Assembly: GCA_963726315.1 (NCBI GenBank)
Contig: CAVSBZ010000007.1
Span: forward strand, 450,435 to 514,434
Source: an uncultured Chloroflexia bacterium
Lineage (GTDB): Bacteria > Chloroflexota > Anaerolineae > Anaerolineales > UBA4823
DNA length: 64,000 bases
Direction of reading: 5' to 3'
How positions within the stretch are numbered: position 1 is the first letter of the stretch; each line of letters starts with the position of its first letter. The notes beneath the pieces are model-generated. The model was not told the DNA's origin. It made no database searches and worked only from the letters and a program-made list of their open reading frames with translations. Both the position numbers and the translations under genes were made by a program. Of this stretch, positions 45,156 to 55,165 are shown piece by piece.

Positions 45156-47174
45156 TTACTGCTTGCATGCACTGATATCGATCAGGAGACGGAAATCCTT
45201 TTTATCATCCTGCTCGCGCTGGTCGAGGATATCGACGCATGGCTGTTGGAAATATTCCTGTTGAGACCGGGTAAGGCCATCCCACCAGGTTTGGTCTATA
45301 TACACGTAATCATACCCTGCGGAGGCGACGTGGCTGGGATTGGGATCGGCGATCAGGGCTTGCCATTCAGGTAAGGGCTCATAAATTCCCGAGCTGGCGC
45401 GCGAAATATGCCCGAAGATGGCAACCGAACGCTCAGGTACACGATCTAGCACCTGGGTACCATAGGGCAGTTTATTCCAGTAATCCACCGCGTAACGGGC
45501 ATCCAGACCATCGATGTAATAAGCTAATTGGGGGCTGTTAATCGAATACAGCTGTACTCTGAAGATGACCACTCCGGCAAGGACGCATACCAGGAATCCA
45601 ACGGATAGTCCTACCCTGGCAGCACTACTTATATGAGGAAGCGCTCTCCACAAGATGGGGAAGGCTATCACCAGCGCGACCCACAAGCCTGTGGCTGACA
45701 TGCGCGTGATCGACCGGTCGACTTCATATTGAAAAAATAGTGGGAATATCAGGCTGAGAGCTACACTGATTGCTAAACCGATGGCGAATAGATTTCCATA
45801 TTTGAGGTCTTTCTTGAACCCGAAAAAGATGACCGGAATGATCAGTAAAGCCGGACCGAGCTCAGCCAACAATGCAGTCAGCTGACCTGGGTTTACAATT
45901 GAAAGCACCCCCAGGTGTGCAGAAAGTAATCCAGGCGGCATGCGTATGGAAAACCCGCGTGCGTTATAACTCTGGGCGGCTGCTCCTGTTATTGTGCTAA
46001 TTAAATTCCGGGCAGTCTCCGTGATGAACCCACCCTGCACCAATGCGATGACGCCGCTCGTCAGAAGAATGATCCCCCATTGAAGGGCGATAACCTTGGA
46101 TACGGACGCAGGTAAGCGCTTTCGGTAAAGAAAAGCAATGCCAATCGCTAAAAGGATTCCCACCCAGATAACCGCAAAGAGATGCTCTGCGCTCAATGCA
46201 AGTGTGGAGAAAATCAGGCTCCAAATGATCAGGCTGGCAATCGAGAAACGCCCACGTGGGAGCAGCAGGAGCAGCAGGAAAACCGTCATGAACGGAAGCG
46301 CACCGGTGCTGCCCAGGTTGAAGAAAACGGGCACGAAGATCCCGTTATGAAAAGCGAATGGAAATGCGACCGGTCCGCCGCCTTCGATCACCCACGAGCT
46401 GTGTAAGGCTTTAGTTAATGTTGCGGCTGTATCCAGTCCCGTCCCCACCAGATTGACCCTTTGGCTGACCCAGCTTAGCCACGGGGCAGGCAGTATTAAT
46501 AACAACCAGCGAGCCCCGCCAGCAAAGGTGAATAAAAAAGTACCCAACCAGGCTGCCAAACGGCTGCCGGTGACTTTACGCACCCAGATCCACCCCAGAA
46601 CGAGGGTGAAGCCGATTGCCAGGGCGCGACTGAAATCCCAGGCGCTCCATGGGAAAAAGTTTCCCAGGCGCACCAGGCTGGCAGCGTATACCTGGAGGGC
46701 ATAATGATAGGCAAAGTAAAATGCGGGATTAAGGTAAAAATGAGGTGGGATATCGCCAGCCGCCATGATGGAGATGAGCGGAAGGTGCTGGTATTCATCG
46801 AATATGGATTCACCCCGCAGGATTAGAGTGAATAATATAGTAATCGCTGCCAACCCCACCAGTAGAGGAATGGCGCTTAGCTCACTTTTGTTGATTCCTG
46901 CAGGTTTTTTTGATCTCCAGGCAAATAGAAGTCCAGCTGCCAGGATCAGAATCGATGCAGCCCAAAAAGCAGCAGTTAGCGGCAAGACGTGCGCCAGAAG
47001 GTTGCTTAAACCAATAAAAATCACAAAACCGGCTGCTAATCCAGTCACAATGCGCTCGGTGCGGCGTAAACGGAAAGCGTACCTGACAAGCAGGATGCCA
47101 CCCGAGGCCCACCCAGCGGAGAGCAGGAAGTAGAGAGCTAAATCAACCAGATTGTTGGTACGAAGCCAATACAT
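45156..47174 (-). CDS. Very large polytopic membrane protein (about 15 TM), GT-C-like candidate, function unknown
   Basis: 672 aa. Loop IFDEYQHLPLISIMAAGDIPPHFYLNPAFYFAYHYAL (acidic loop plus aromatic-rich motif) and a soluble C-terminal ~110 aa. No family confidently recognised. Confidence 0.45.
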   Translation of the reverse strand: MYWLRTNNLVDLALYFLLSAGWASGGILLVRYAFRLRRTERIVTGLAAGFVIFIGLSNLLAHVLPLTAAFWAASILILAAGLLFAWRSKKPAGINKSELSAIPLLVGLAAITILFTLILRGESIFDEYQHLPLISIMAAGDIPPHFYLNPAFYFAYHYALQVYAASLVRLGNFFPWSAWDFSRALAIGFTLVLGWIWVRKVTGSRLAAWLGTFLFTFAGGARWLLLILPAPWLSWVSQRVNLVGTGLDTAATLTKALHSSWVIEGGGPVAFPFAFHNGIFVPVFFNLGSTGALPFMTVFLLLLLLPRGRFSIASLIIWSLIFSTLALSAEHLFAVIWVGILLAIGIAFLYRKRLPASVSKVIALQWGIILLTSGVIALVQGGFITETARNLISTITGAAAQSYNARGFSIRMPPGLLSAHLGVLSIVNPGQLTALLAELGPALLIIPVIFFGFKKDLKYGNLFAIGLAISVALSLIFPLFFQYEVDRSITRMSATGLWVALVIAFPILWRALPHISSAARVGLSVGFLVCVLAGVVIFRVQLYSINSPQLAYYIDGLDARYAVDYWNKLPYGTQVLDRVPERSVAIFGHISRASSGIYEPLPEWQALIADPNPSHVASAGYDYVYIDQTWWDGLTRSQQEYFQQPCVDILDQREQDDKKDFRLLIDISACKQ

Positions 47175-47188
47175 AATAAAAAATCAGC

Positions 47189-48949
47189 TCATTTGCACGG
47201 TTCGGGGCGTGGGGTGTATAAAACCACGCCGACAGAATCCAATGTTGTTGCTGCCTGGTAATAACACAATACCGGCTCGGAGACGCGCTGCACCCAGGCA
47301 TCGTTCTCCTCGCCAAAGCTGTGATTTCTTCCTTGATACTGGATAACCAACGGTTCCGAAACGATCATGTCGAAGCGCTGATTGCTGATATCCGTATCAA
47401 ATGCATCCACATAGGAGCGGTTATCAGACATCGCCATTTCCATCAGGAAGACAAGCTCATCATCCGGTACCAGGGGTACATTCTTGACCTCATCGAAGGT
47501 CAACAGGTGGCGCTGGCTGATAAACAGTACTTCACCACCCTTTTTCGCAACCTGCTGGGTGGCAGTATTGATCGTCTTCAGAGCAGCCTGGGCAGCCGCA
47601 AAATCGCGCCGCGGGATTTGACCTCCCGTGCTCAAGGTGAAATACATGGGGATGATCAGCGCACCGGCGAGGAAAATATTTTCGATGGTGCTCAAAAGTT
47701 GGCTGGGCTTTGCAGGGGTAAGCTCCTCATTATTTTCAGCCAATTTAGCTGGGTGATCGGGCTCGAAGCGATCAAAGTAAATATAACTTCCGACGACGAA
47801 CAGCAGGGCTAGATATGCGTCGAGGTTGTGCAGGTTACTTCCGCCGCCAATCTTGAGGCTGACGATCACGCCGCCGATAAAGAGCACACCCAGGATGGCA
47901 GTTAAACCTGACAGTCGGATGAGGTGAAATTCCCGCCAGCGGCGGATGAGACGGACAAGAATGAGACCGATGATGGGCAGAGACACCAGTACGGCGCTCA
48001 ATAGAATTCCCATTGGGTACGTCTGGTTGGGGAAGAGGCGGTACCACAGCAGGTCGGATGAGAAGCTGGATCCGAACCAGGGAGGTGGATTACCTGACCA
48101 CTGCTGGTATGCAGATTGGCTAACGAAACCGATTCCCGTCCCTGCGAGCACCCAAACAGCCGGCGGGATGAGGTATTTGATCAGGGATTTATCCTCCACC
48201 CTGGCTTCCAACATGTATAGCGCAGAAGCCAACAATCCTGGCACTGGCAACCAGTTGATGCGGCTGATGCCTGCCCAGACGGAGGCGATCAGTACCAGGA
48301 TAAGGTTACGCCAGAAGCGCTGCCGGTTAAAGCCCCAGAGGATTAAAATCACCATAAACTGCAGGTGGTAATAGACTGGTCCCTGGAACAGGAAGATGAA
48401 CCCCCACATAACCATGCTTAAAGTGATAACCAGTGGTTTTCTTCGGGCTGGTAAAGCCAACCGGCGAACCAGCAGGAAACTGGTAAGCGCGGTGGTGACG
48501 ACCCACAAAACTACCTGCCAGAACCGGCTGAACCACAGCGAAGAACCAGGCACCAGGAAGGGTAGCGCTTGCAGCAGGTAGCGGGTAGGGTGAAGCACAG
48601 AGGGTGGCACGGACAGACCATACACCTGCCTGGATAACCACAGGGAGGCGTAATAATATCGGCTGCCTTCCGACCAGCCCAATGAGAATGGATAAGAAGA
48701 GACATCCGGGATAAAACTGGCGAGCTTATAGATTGAGGCATAACCCAGTGTGGTGACCAGGAATGCTGCACCCCAACCTTGGTTTGGCCATGCCTGCCGA
48801 AAAAGGAACGCTCCACCGACAGATAAGAGACAAAAAATCCCCAAGCGTACCGGAATGCTCGCGGTCAGTGTGACTGCAGGTGAAAGTACCAGCACCGGGA
48901 AAATTATGAATGAAATAATATAAAGAATGGCGAATATTTTCCGCTGCAT
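47189..48949 (-). CDS. Large polytopic membrane protein with soluble C-terminal domain, GT-C-like candidate
   Basis: 586 aa. Loop PFSLGWSEGSRYYYASLW, more than 10 hydrophobic segments, C-terminal ~170 aa soluble domain. Confidence 0.45.
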   Translation of the reverse strand: MQRKIFAILYIISFIIFPVLVLSPAVTLTASIPVRLGIFCLLSVGGAFLFRQAWPNQGWGAAFLVTTLGYASIYKLASFIPDVSSYPFSLGWSEGSRYYYASLWLSRQVYGLSVPPSVLHPTRYLLQALPFLVPGSSLWFSRFWQVVLWVVTTALTSFLLVRRLALPARRKPLVITLSMVMWGFIFLFQGPVYYHLQFMVILILWGFNRQRFWRNLILVLIASVWAGISRINWLPVPGLLASALYMLEARVEDKSLIKYLIPPAVWVLAGTGIGFVSQSAYQQWSGNPPPWFGSSFSSDLLWYRLFPNQTYPMGILLSAVLVSLPIIGLILVRLIRRWREFHLIRLSGLTAILGVLFIGGVIVSLKIGGGSNLHNLDAYLALLFVVGSYIYFDRFEPDHPAKLAENNEELTPAKPSQLLSTIENIFLAGALIIPMYFTLSTGGQIPRRDFAAAQAALKTINTATQQVAKKGGEVLFISQRHLLTFDEVKNVPLVPDDELVFLMEMAMSDNRSYVDAFDTDISNQRFDMIVSEPLVIQYQGRNHSFGEENDAWVQRVSEPVLCYYQAATTLDSVGVVLYTPRPEPCK

Positions 48950-48955
48950 ATAGTC

Positions 48956-49848
48956 TTATTTATTACCCGCGACGATATCAGGGATGAACAAGGCTCCGGG
49001 CAGGCTGGCGATCATTTGTAGCAGCCGCATCAACAGGGCCAAGGTGAGCCCAGATGCTGGAGATAGTCCGCCAACAGCCGAATAGAAAAAGGTCATTGCC
49101 AGCTCCTGCACGCCCATGCCGTTGATGGAGATGGGCAGCAGGGTAATGAAGTAAGTCGCGCTCCATAAACCCATCACCGACCAGAAGGAGATAAGCTCGC
49201 CCATCCCAGCCAGCAGCACACTGACTGTGCCAAACGTACACAGCATGTGCACCCAGGTGAAGCCGAGGGCGCCAAGCAGTGAGCTGGGTTTTTTGAGCCA
49301 AATTTTGACTGCCTGGTTAAGTTCCTGCAAAAAACGCTTTATTCTATCTGCCAATGGGCGCACCCATGGGATTGCCAGGGCGCTACTCGTGGTCGAAGCA
49401 GCGAGATACTGTTGGTAGACAGGGATGCCAAATGGGAGTGCCATTGCCATCCCGGTCATACCAACCAGGCGGTCTACCACCAGCGATGCCAGGCTGATTG
49501 CATTGTCGAACCCCAACCTGACTGCCCCTGCATAACGGACCACGTCTCCGCCGATGGTCGTTGGCAGGAAATTGGAAGCGAACAGCATAGCGAAGGTCAG
49601 GCGGATGGATTGAGGCGGAGTAATTCCCGTTCCTGCGGAGTGCATTAATACGTGCCAGCGACCGGCAACTGCCAGCCTTGAGACCATCACCAGGATGAGT
49701 GCTACAACAAATCGCCACCAGGCGATCTGCCGAAGGGCGACCGCGATTGCCGCCCACCCTTGTTGACTCAATAAATAGATCAGCAGCCCTAACGCAAGCA
49801 GTGTGCCGACCCAGCGCAGCCACGAGGGGTGAGCTTTTTTCGCTGCAC
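48956..49848 (-). CDS. UPF0104 / LPG_synthase_TM-like flippase-like membrane protein; 5-prime end unresolved (frame change at 49834..49840)
   Basis: The track ORF starts at TTG 49771 (SQQGWAAIAVALRQIAWWRFVVAL..RLAVAGRWHVLM). The same frame is open upstream and encodes KKAHPSWLRWVGTLLALGLLIYLL, the expected first TM helix, but it has no ATG/GTG/TTG. GTG 49848..49846 lies one frame off and runs into CGA AAA AAG. Confidence 0.55.
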
Positions 49849-49890
49849 CTTTTTCTGGTGGAGTGTCTGTCTGATAAGTCAGGTTTTCGC

Positions 49891-50859
49891 TCAGGTAACC
49901 TCCCCCCCAAGGTGTTTCAGGTCAGCGTCCACCATCATCTCGGCTAATCCATCGAAGTCGATCTTTGGCGACCAACCGAGAGACTGGCGCACCCTGGTGG
50001 AGTCGGCAACCAGCAGGTCCACCTCTGCCGGTCGGATAAAGCGGGGATCCTGGACGACGTAATCATGATAATCAAGATCGAGGTAACAAAAAACCTTTTC
50101 ACAAAATTCACGCACGGTGTGTGTTTCCCCGGTGCCCACGACATAATCCACCGGCTGATCATTTTGGAGCATGCGCCACATGGCATCCACATAATCACCG
50201 GCAAAACCCCAATCACGGCGCGCTTCCAGGTTGCCGAGGTGCAGGTCTTTTGCCAATCCCAGCTTGATCCGTACCGCGCCATAGGTGATCTTGCGGGTGA
50301 CGAATTCCGTCCCGCGGCGGGGGCTTTCGTGGTTGAATAGAATTCCGGAAACCGCGAACAGGTTATACGATTCACGGTAATTGACCGTGATCCAATGCCC
50401 GTAGACCTTAGCAACACCGTAGGGGCTACGGGGGTAAAACGGAGTGGTCTCTCGTTGGGGCACTTCGTGCACTTTGCCAAACATCTCGCTCGAGGAAGCC
50501 TGGTAATACCGCGTTTTTGGGCTGAGCAGGCGGATGGCCTCCAGCATACGTGTAACGCCGAGGGCGGTGACTTCACCTGTGAGCACAGGCTGGTTCCACG
50601 AGGTGGGCACAAAGGATTGCGCGGCGAGGTTATATACTTCATCAGGTTTAAACTGCTCGATAAGGTCCATCAAAGAGCTCTGGTCGTGGAGATCTCCCTG
50701 GATGATATCTATTTGGTCCTGGATATGCTGGATGCGCTCGAAGGTTACCACGCTGGAACGACGCATCATTCCAATCACGCGATAACCTTTAGACAATAAT
50801 AGCTCAGCCAGATAAGATCCATCCTGACCGGTAACTCCGGTGATGATTGCTGTCGGCAC
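49891..50859 (-). CDS. gmd: GDP-mannose 4,6-dehydratase
   Basis: [67 protein letters not shown] start preceded by AGGAG 8 nt upstream. Confidence 0.9.
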   Translation of the reverse strand: MPTAIITGVTGQDGSYLAELLLSKGYRVIGMMRRSSVVTFERIQHIQDQIDIIQGDLHDQSSLMDLIEQFKPDEVYNLAAQSFVPTSWNQPVLTGEVTALGVTRMLEAIRLLSPKTRYYQASSSEMFGKVHEVPQRETTPFYPRSPYGVAKVYGHWITVNYRESYNLFAVSGILFNHESPRRGTEFVTRKITYGAVRIKLGLAKDLHLGNLEARRDWGFAGDYVDAMWRMLQNDQPVDYVVGTGETHTVREFCEKVFCYLDLDYHDYVVQDPRFIRPAEVDLLVADSTRVRQSLGWSPKIDFDGLAEMMVDADLKHLGGEVT

Positions 50860-50877
50860 GCTTATTCTCCTAATATC

Positions 50878-50904
50878 TCAATATTCAATGACTGAATTAT
50901 AAAC
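50878..50904 (-). promoter_or_regulatory. Candidate promoter/operator upstream of gmd: TATAAT (50901..50896) plus palindrome ATTCA-N5-TGAAT
   Basis: Minus strand reads GTTTATAATTCAGTCATTGAATATTGA. 20 nt (50883..50902) are identical to 32282..32301. The stop codon (50899..50897) of the preceding gene lies inside the TATAAT. Confidence 0.45.
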
Positions 50905-52543
50905 TAAATTCCCCGGAAGACGACTTCGGCTTATGGACCTTATCCCAGATCAGCCCACCCAACAGGATGGACCCGCATACTAGCAGGGTAAGCAGCGACA
51001 TCCACTTGATATCCAGGTGGAAGATTCCCGGGTAATAACGCCCGATATACCATTCGGTAAAAAATCCAACGAAGACCAGCTCGACCGCCAACCAGCGGTA
51101 AAGCCAGGCATCTTTACGCGAGCGTGCCCATTCCCATGCCCAGGCTGCCAACACCACCTGCCATACGAGGAGAATTGCCCGGTAGCGGGGGTTATCCCAC
51201 TGGTCTGCACCGGCATTGAGTGCAGATACCATAATCCAGGCCCAATTGACCAGGCTGATCCAAATCAGCTGGTAGCGGCGCGTTTCCTGACGACTGCGCA
51301 GTACACCGAAAGTACCGTAGATCAGGAAAAGCACCAGTGTATACCAGCCAGCTGCGCGCAAGAAACCAATGATGCGTAACATCGGCTGGGCACCAGGGTC
51401 ACCAACAACCGCGGGTAGGACGGGTTGGGCGATCCCATAGATTAAAATAATCAGCCAGCGCCACTGCTCACCGATGCTGGTTATCAGGCTTTGAAATATC
51501 CCTGAGTTCCGCTCGAGCAAGTAACTTTGGAAGGTGAAGTTATTCTTGAACCAGGTTTGGTAGACACTCAACACCCCGGTACCTTGCAGCGAGGGCAGAT
51601 TTACCAGCACCGAGCTTGCCACCAGCATTCCAATCAGGAGAATCCCGAGCGACAGGACGATGATCAGGATTGTCCGACGCTGCTGGAGGGAACGCAACGT
51701 AATTGGATCGAAGAACCAGGCCCCCATCAAAATGATTAATGAGATAACTGCCACCAGGGGTTGAATGGGCAGCATGATTAATCCGGAGAGGATGATCCAC
51801 AGCCAGCCCGAATTCTTCCCTGCCTGGATTTCTGTCAGCCCGAAGAAGGCAACTGCGACCATCGGGATGATGATCGCTTCCCGCATTTGCGTACTGCCCA
51901 ACAGAATGCTCTCAGGATATAAAGCAAAGATCCAGGCAGCAAGCAAGGCAGTCTTATCGCCAAACCATCTGCTGGTCGCTTTCCATAAAGTCAACACACC
52001 CACTGCAGACGCAACCGCGTTCAGGATAAGAATCAGGATGGGGCGGTGGGCATCTGGGCTGACGAAGCGGTAAATAAACGCGCTGATGGCAAGCAGGCCG
52101 CCATATTGGTCTCCTGAGAAGCGACTGGAGAATGCAGAACCCAATGACTCGCCTGAGGTTGCCAGGTCCCACGCCTGGTTGTCGCGAATAGACGAATCTG
52201 TGTAGAAATAGCCGGCATGGTGTTCCGCGTTATCCTGGTAGCCGAAAAGCGGCAGCAGCAGGGTCAGGGCGACACCGATTCCCAGCCGGAGGAAGAAAGC
52301 GATCAAGGCAATCTTTGTGACGCCACGGCTGGCGTCAACTGCCTTACTCACCCCGTAAATACAGATCGCTGATAGTCCAAGCAGGATGGAATACGCAATC
52401 CCGCCCCTGAATGGCAGTCCGCTTTTATCCACCAAAGTTAGCAGGGCAGCGAGGCTCAATACCCCAATCATCGTGATCCAGAATACTTTGGAAAACCTTA
52501 TTGTCTTCATATCAGGGACGCTGAAGGCTTTGAGATAAATCAA
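50897..52543 (-). CDS. Large polytopic membrane protein, GT-C-like or polymerase-like candidate
   Basis: 548 aa with about 13 hydrophobic segments. Loop GYQDNAEHHAGYFYTDSSIRDNQAWDL. No confident family. Confidence 0.45.
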   Translation of the reverse strand: MIYLKAFSVPDMKTIRFSKVFWITMIGVLSLAALLTLVDKSGLPFRGGIAYSILLGLSAICIYGVSKAVDASRGVTKIALIAFFLRLGIGVALTLLLPLFGYQDNAEHHAGYFYTDSSIRDNQAWDLATSGESLGSAFSSRFSGDQYGGLLAISAFIYRFVSPDAHRPILILILNAVASAVGVLTLWKATSRWFGDKTALLAAWIFALYPESILLGSTQMREAIIIPMVAVAFFGLTEIQAGKNSGWLWIILSGLIMLPIQPLVAVISLIILMGAWFFDPITLRSLQQRRTILIIVLSLGILLIGMLVASSVLVNLPSLQGTGVLSVYQTWFKNNFTFQSYLLERNSGIFQSLITSIGEQWRWLIILIYGIAQPVLPAVVGDPGAQPMLRIIGFLRAAGWYTLVLFLIYGTFGVLRSRQETRRYQLIWISLVNWAWIMVSALNAGADQWDNPRYRAILLVWQVVLAAWAWEWARSRKDAWLYRWLAVELVFVGFFTEWYIGRYYPGIFHLDIKWMSLLTLLVCGSILLGGLIWDKVHKPKSSSGEFSL

Positions 52544-53975
52544 GAGGGGTAGGGTTTGGAGAGATAGCCCGATTTTTGGTCATGCTGTGGTAGATGAAGA
52601 CGGTCACCCATAGAACCACCATGGATTGCAGCGGTACCAGGAAGCGAGGATTATCACCATGGTCAATCAGGGTTTGCAGGATGGAGGCGATCCAGATATT
52701 ACCCAGCAACATCCACAGAAATGCGCCCACGGGAGGGTGAATATGGGGGATATGCAGTGGGGATGGTTTTCGGCGTAAGGCAAATAAACACTCGATAAGG
52801 GCAAATGCGATCGAAGAGAAGATAAATACTAGGTTGCACAGGAAGAGCAGTCCCCGTTCAAGCAGGACGAGGAACCTGACACCCCCCGCGAGCCAGTGAT
52901 AGCGCACTGCATCTGCGGACCAATAGACGGGGACACGCCAGAACATCCACCAACCCGAGATCGCATTTTTAATATATTGCATAGGATGATGCAGGATAAG
53001 GTCAACTGAAATGCGCGCCAGGACTCTCGAGAGGGCATAAAAACTATACCCCGAAACTTTGCTCATCTCGGGGATGGCATCCCAGATGGCATTGGTCTGG
53101 GTGCCAAACTCGGCAATTTGGGCATCGCGATATTTGATATAGGTATCCCGCAAGGAAGCATATTCGTCGGGTACATATTCGAAGTAATTCCCAGTGTGTT
53201 GGATCAGGTTGTATCCCGTCATGGTGGTGATGGCCCATTCACCAAAGTTCTTATGGATAAAAGTAACCCAACCCCCCAAGAGCAGGAATACTGGGAGAAG
53301 AAATGCAAGTCCAATTCCCAGGTGCGGAACCCTGCGGACAGGCCGGTGATCATCGGCGGTATCTTCCTCAGCGGGATTTCTAACCTGTAGAGAAGTGAGC
53401 TTGGGCTCGATCCACAGGAACAGCAGCAGGTAGAACGGCAGGTAGATGAATAACGGTCTTACCAGGAGCGTTGCGGTAGAAGATAATCCCAACACAAACC
53501 CCAGCCATGGTCGGCGATATTGGGGGTATAAAAGCCAAACCAACACACCAGCCATGGTCAAGGTCATCAGGAAGGTGGTCAGTGATTCGGTAAGCAGGTT
53601 GGATTCAAAAAAGAGCTGTCCCAGGTTGAGAGTATGGGCGAGGGCGAGTAGTCCCCCCAACCAGGGTTTGTCCGTCAGCTTCCAACCCATAAAAAATATG
53701 AGCAAGGTGGTAATGGATCCCAACAGGAGCTGAGCCAGCCAAACGTGTTGATCACTGCCTACCAGGGCTAAAAAGACCGGATAACCGGGTGTGCGCGTGC
53801 CATCATAACCGGCAAATCCGTGTAACACCGTTTCTGCCAGTCGTCGGTAGCTGGGAGTGTCACCATAGGAAGCTGGTTGGTAGAACAGGATGGTGAGCAG
53901 CCGGAGCAGGAATGCTGCAGTAGAAACGATGATCAACCAGGCGATGGGTGACGAAGCGTATCTTCTAAGGTTCAT
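52512..53975 (-). CDS. GT-C fold membrane glycosyltransferase (GT39/ArnT-like)
   Basis: First loop YGDTPSYRRLAETVLHGFAGYDGTRTPGYPVFLAL is typical of PMT_2/ArnT-like proteins. Start set at ATG 53975 (MNLRRYASS), overlapping the upstream gene by 11 nt. Confidence 0.6.
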   Translation of the reverse strand: MNLRRYASSPIAWLIIVSTAAFLLRLLTILFYQPASYGDTPSYRRLAETVLHGFAGYDGTRTPGYPVFLALVGSDQHVWLAQLLLGSITTLLIFFMGWKLTDKPWLGGLLALAHTLNLGQLFFESNLLTESLTTFLMTLTMAGVLVWLLYPQYRRPWLGFVLGLSSTATLLVRPLFIYLPFYLLLFLWIEPKLTSLQVRNPAEEDTADDHRPVRRVPHLGIGLAFLLPVFLLLGGWVTFIHKNFGEWAITTMTGYNLIQHTGNYFEYVPDEYASLRDTYIKYRDAQIAEFGTQTNAIWDAIPEMSKVSGYSFYALSRVLARISVDLILHHPMQYIKNAISGWWMFWRVPVYWSADAVRYHWLAGGVRFLVLLERGLLFLCNLVFIFSSIAFALIECLFALRRKPSPLHIPHIHPPVGAFLWMLLGNIWIASILQTLIDHGDNPRFLVPLQSMVVLWVTVFIYHSMTKNRAISPNPTPLDLSQSLQRP

Positions 53976-55155
53976 TGGCAACGATACCGCCTGTGGAAGG
54001 AAATCCTGTTTGATTTGGGAAGCCTTCAAGTGCTTTATGAGCCCGTTCCAACCAGGTATACTGCTGGATATCCTTCCAGGCTTGAGCAGCCAATGACCTG
54101 CGCTTCTCTTCATCCAGGATTAAATCTCCTAATGCTACCGACCAGGCTTCAATGTCTTGTGCAGGGCAAAGCACGGCATTCGAAGGGTTCAAGACCTCGC
54201 GAATGACGGGTAGATCACTGGAGATGATTGCCCGTTGGCAGGCCATATACTCAAACATTTTCATCGGGCTGGCGTAAGTGGATGAATTTCCACCGCTGCT
54301 ACCGGTGATCATCCTTTCGTACGGCATTAACAAAATATCTGCAGCTGCCTGATATAACGGGAGCTGCTCGTTTCTGATGAATCCGGTCAGGGTGATATTC
54401 GTTAGATGATTACCTGCCATGTGCTCGCGCCACGTTTTTACATCCTGTTCATTACCGCCTACCCATAAAAAATTGATGTTAGGGAAACAGCTGGCAAGCT
54501 CGGTAAGCAGTGCCATACCCCGCCCCGGATATAGATGACCGGTATAGCCAACTGTCAGCGTGGGTGGCAGGTTGAGCAGGGTGCGTGCTGTCGCTGAGTT
54601 GGGTAGGTTGGAATAACGCTCCAAATCCACTCCATTGGGAGCAATCTGAAGGACGCCCTGGTGATCAAGATTGGTATTAAATTTTTCATGCAGGATATTC
54701 GCCAGAGCTTGGGTGATGGTCAACAGGCGTTTTTTCCCAGGGGTCTTCTGAAACAGGCGGAATAATGTTGGACCAAACCTACCTTCGGGAGGACCGTGCA
54801 GCTCGATTATCACCGGCAGGCGTGCCAGAAGAGAAAATATCCCGGCTTGCAGGAACCACACATAGGTGAGATCCGCATTTATGTGCCGGGCCATGCGCAC
54901 TGCATGCCAGGCGAAATCATAGCGATGTAAACCGGGTGGGGAAGACAACCAGTCAATCGAAAATTGTGTATTAAGACCATAAAAAGAGACCAGGTCCGTC
55001 TCATTAAGTGGATGCTTGTGCCTGGGTACAAATAGATGGACTTCGTGCCCCAATTGGCTGATAGCCTGGCAGGCTTTCATCATTTGAATGCTGTTTGCCG
55101 TGGTAGAGGGTACCATTGAAGCAGAAATACAGGCTACTTTCATAGGCTTATCCAA
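53965..55155 (-). CDS. Family 4 (GT-B) glycosyltransferase
   Basis: MKVACISASMVPSTTANSIQMMK...GHLYPGRG...ASPMKMFEYMACQRAIISSDLPVIREVL (E-x7-E region). The start may be ATG 55143. Confidence 0.85.
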   Translation of the reverse strand: MDKPMKVACISASMVPSTTANSIQMMKACQAISQLGHEVHLFVPRHKHPLNETDLVSFYGLNTQFSIDWLSSPPGLHRYDFAWHAVRMARHINADLTYVWFLQAGIFSLLARLPVIIELHGPPEGRFGPTLFRLFQKTPGKKRLLTITQALANILHEKFNTNLDHQGVLQIAPNGVDLERYSNLPNSATARTLLNLPPTLTVGYTGHLYPGRGMALLTELASCFPNINFLWVGGNEQDVKTWREHMAGNHLTNITLTGFIRNEQLPLYQAAADILLMPYERMITGSSGGNSSTYASPMKMFEYMACQRAIISSDLPVIREVLNPSNAVLCPAQDIEAWSVALGDLILDEEKRRSLAAQAWKDIQQYTWLERAHKALEGFPNQTGFPSTGGIVANEP

Positions 55156-55165
55156 TTAAGGATCA

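Noticed and set aside
49383-49910. 175-aa minus-strand ORF overlapping the gmd end and the UPF0104 gene
   Set aside because: The product is Arg/Cys/Gly-rich and looks nonsensical. It is out of frame with the UPF0104 family sequence. It was useful only for showing which frames are open around the A_AAA_AAG site.
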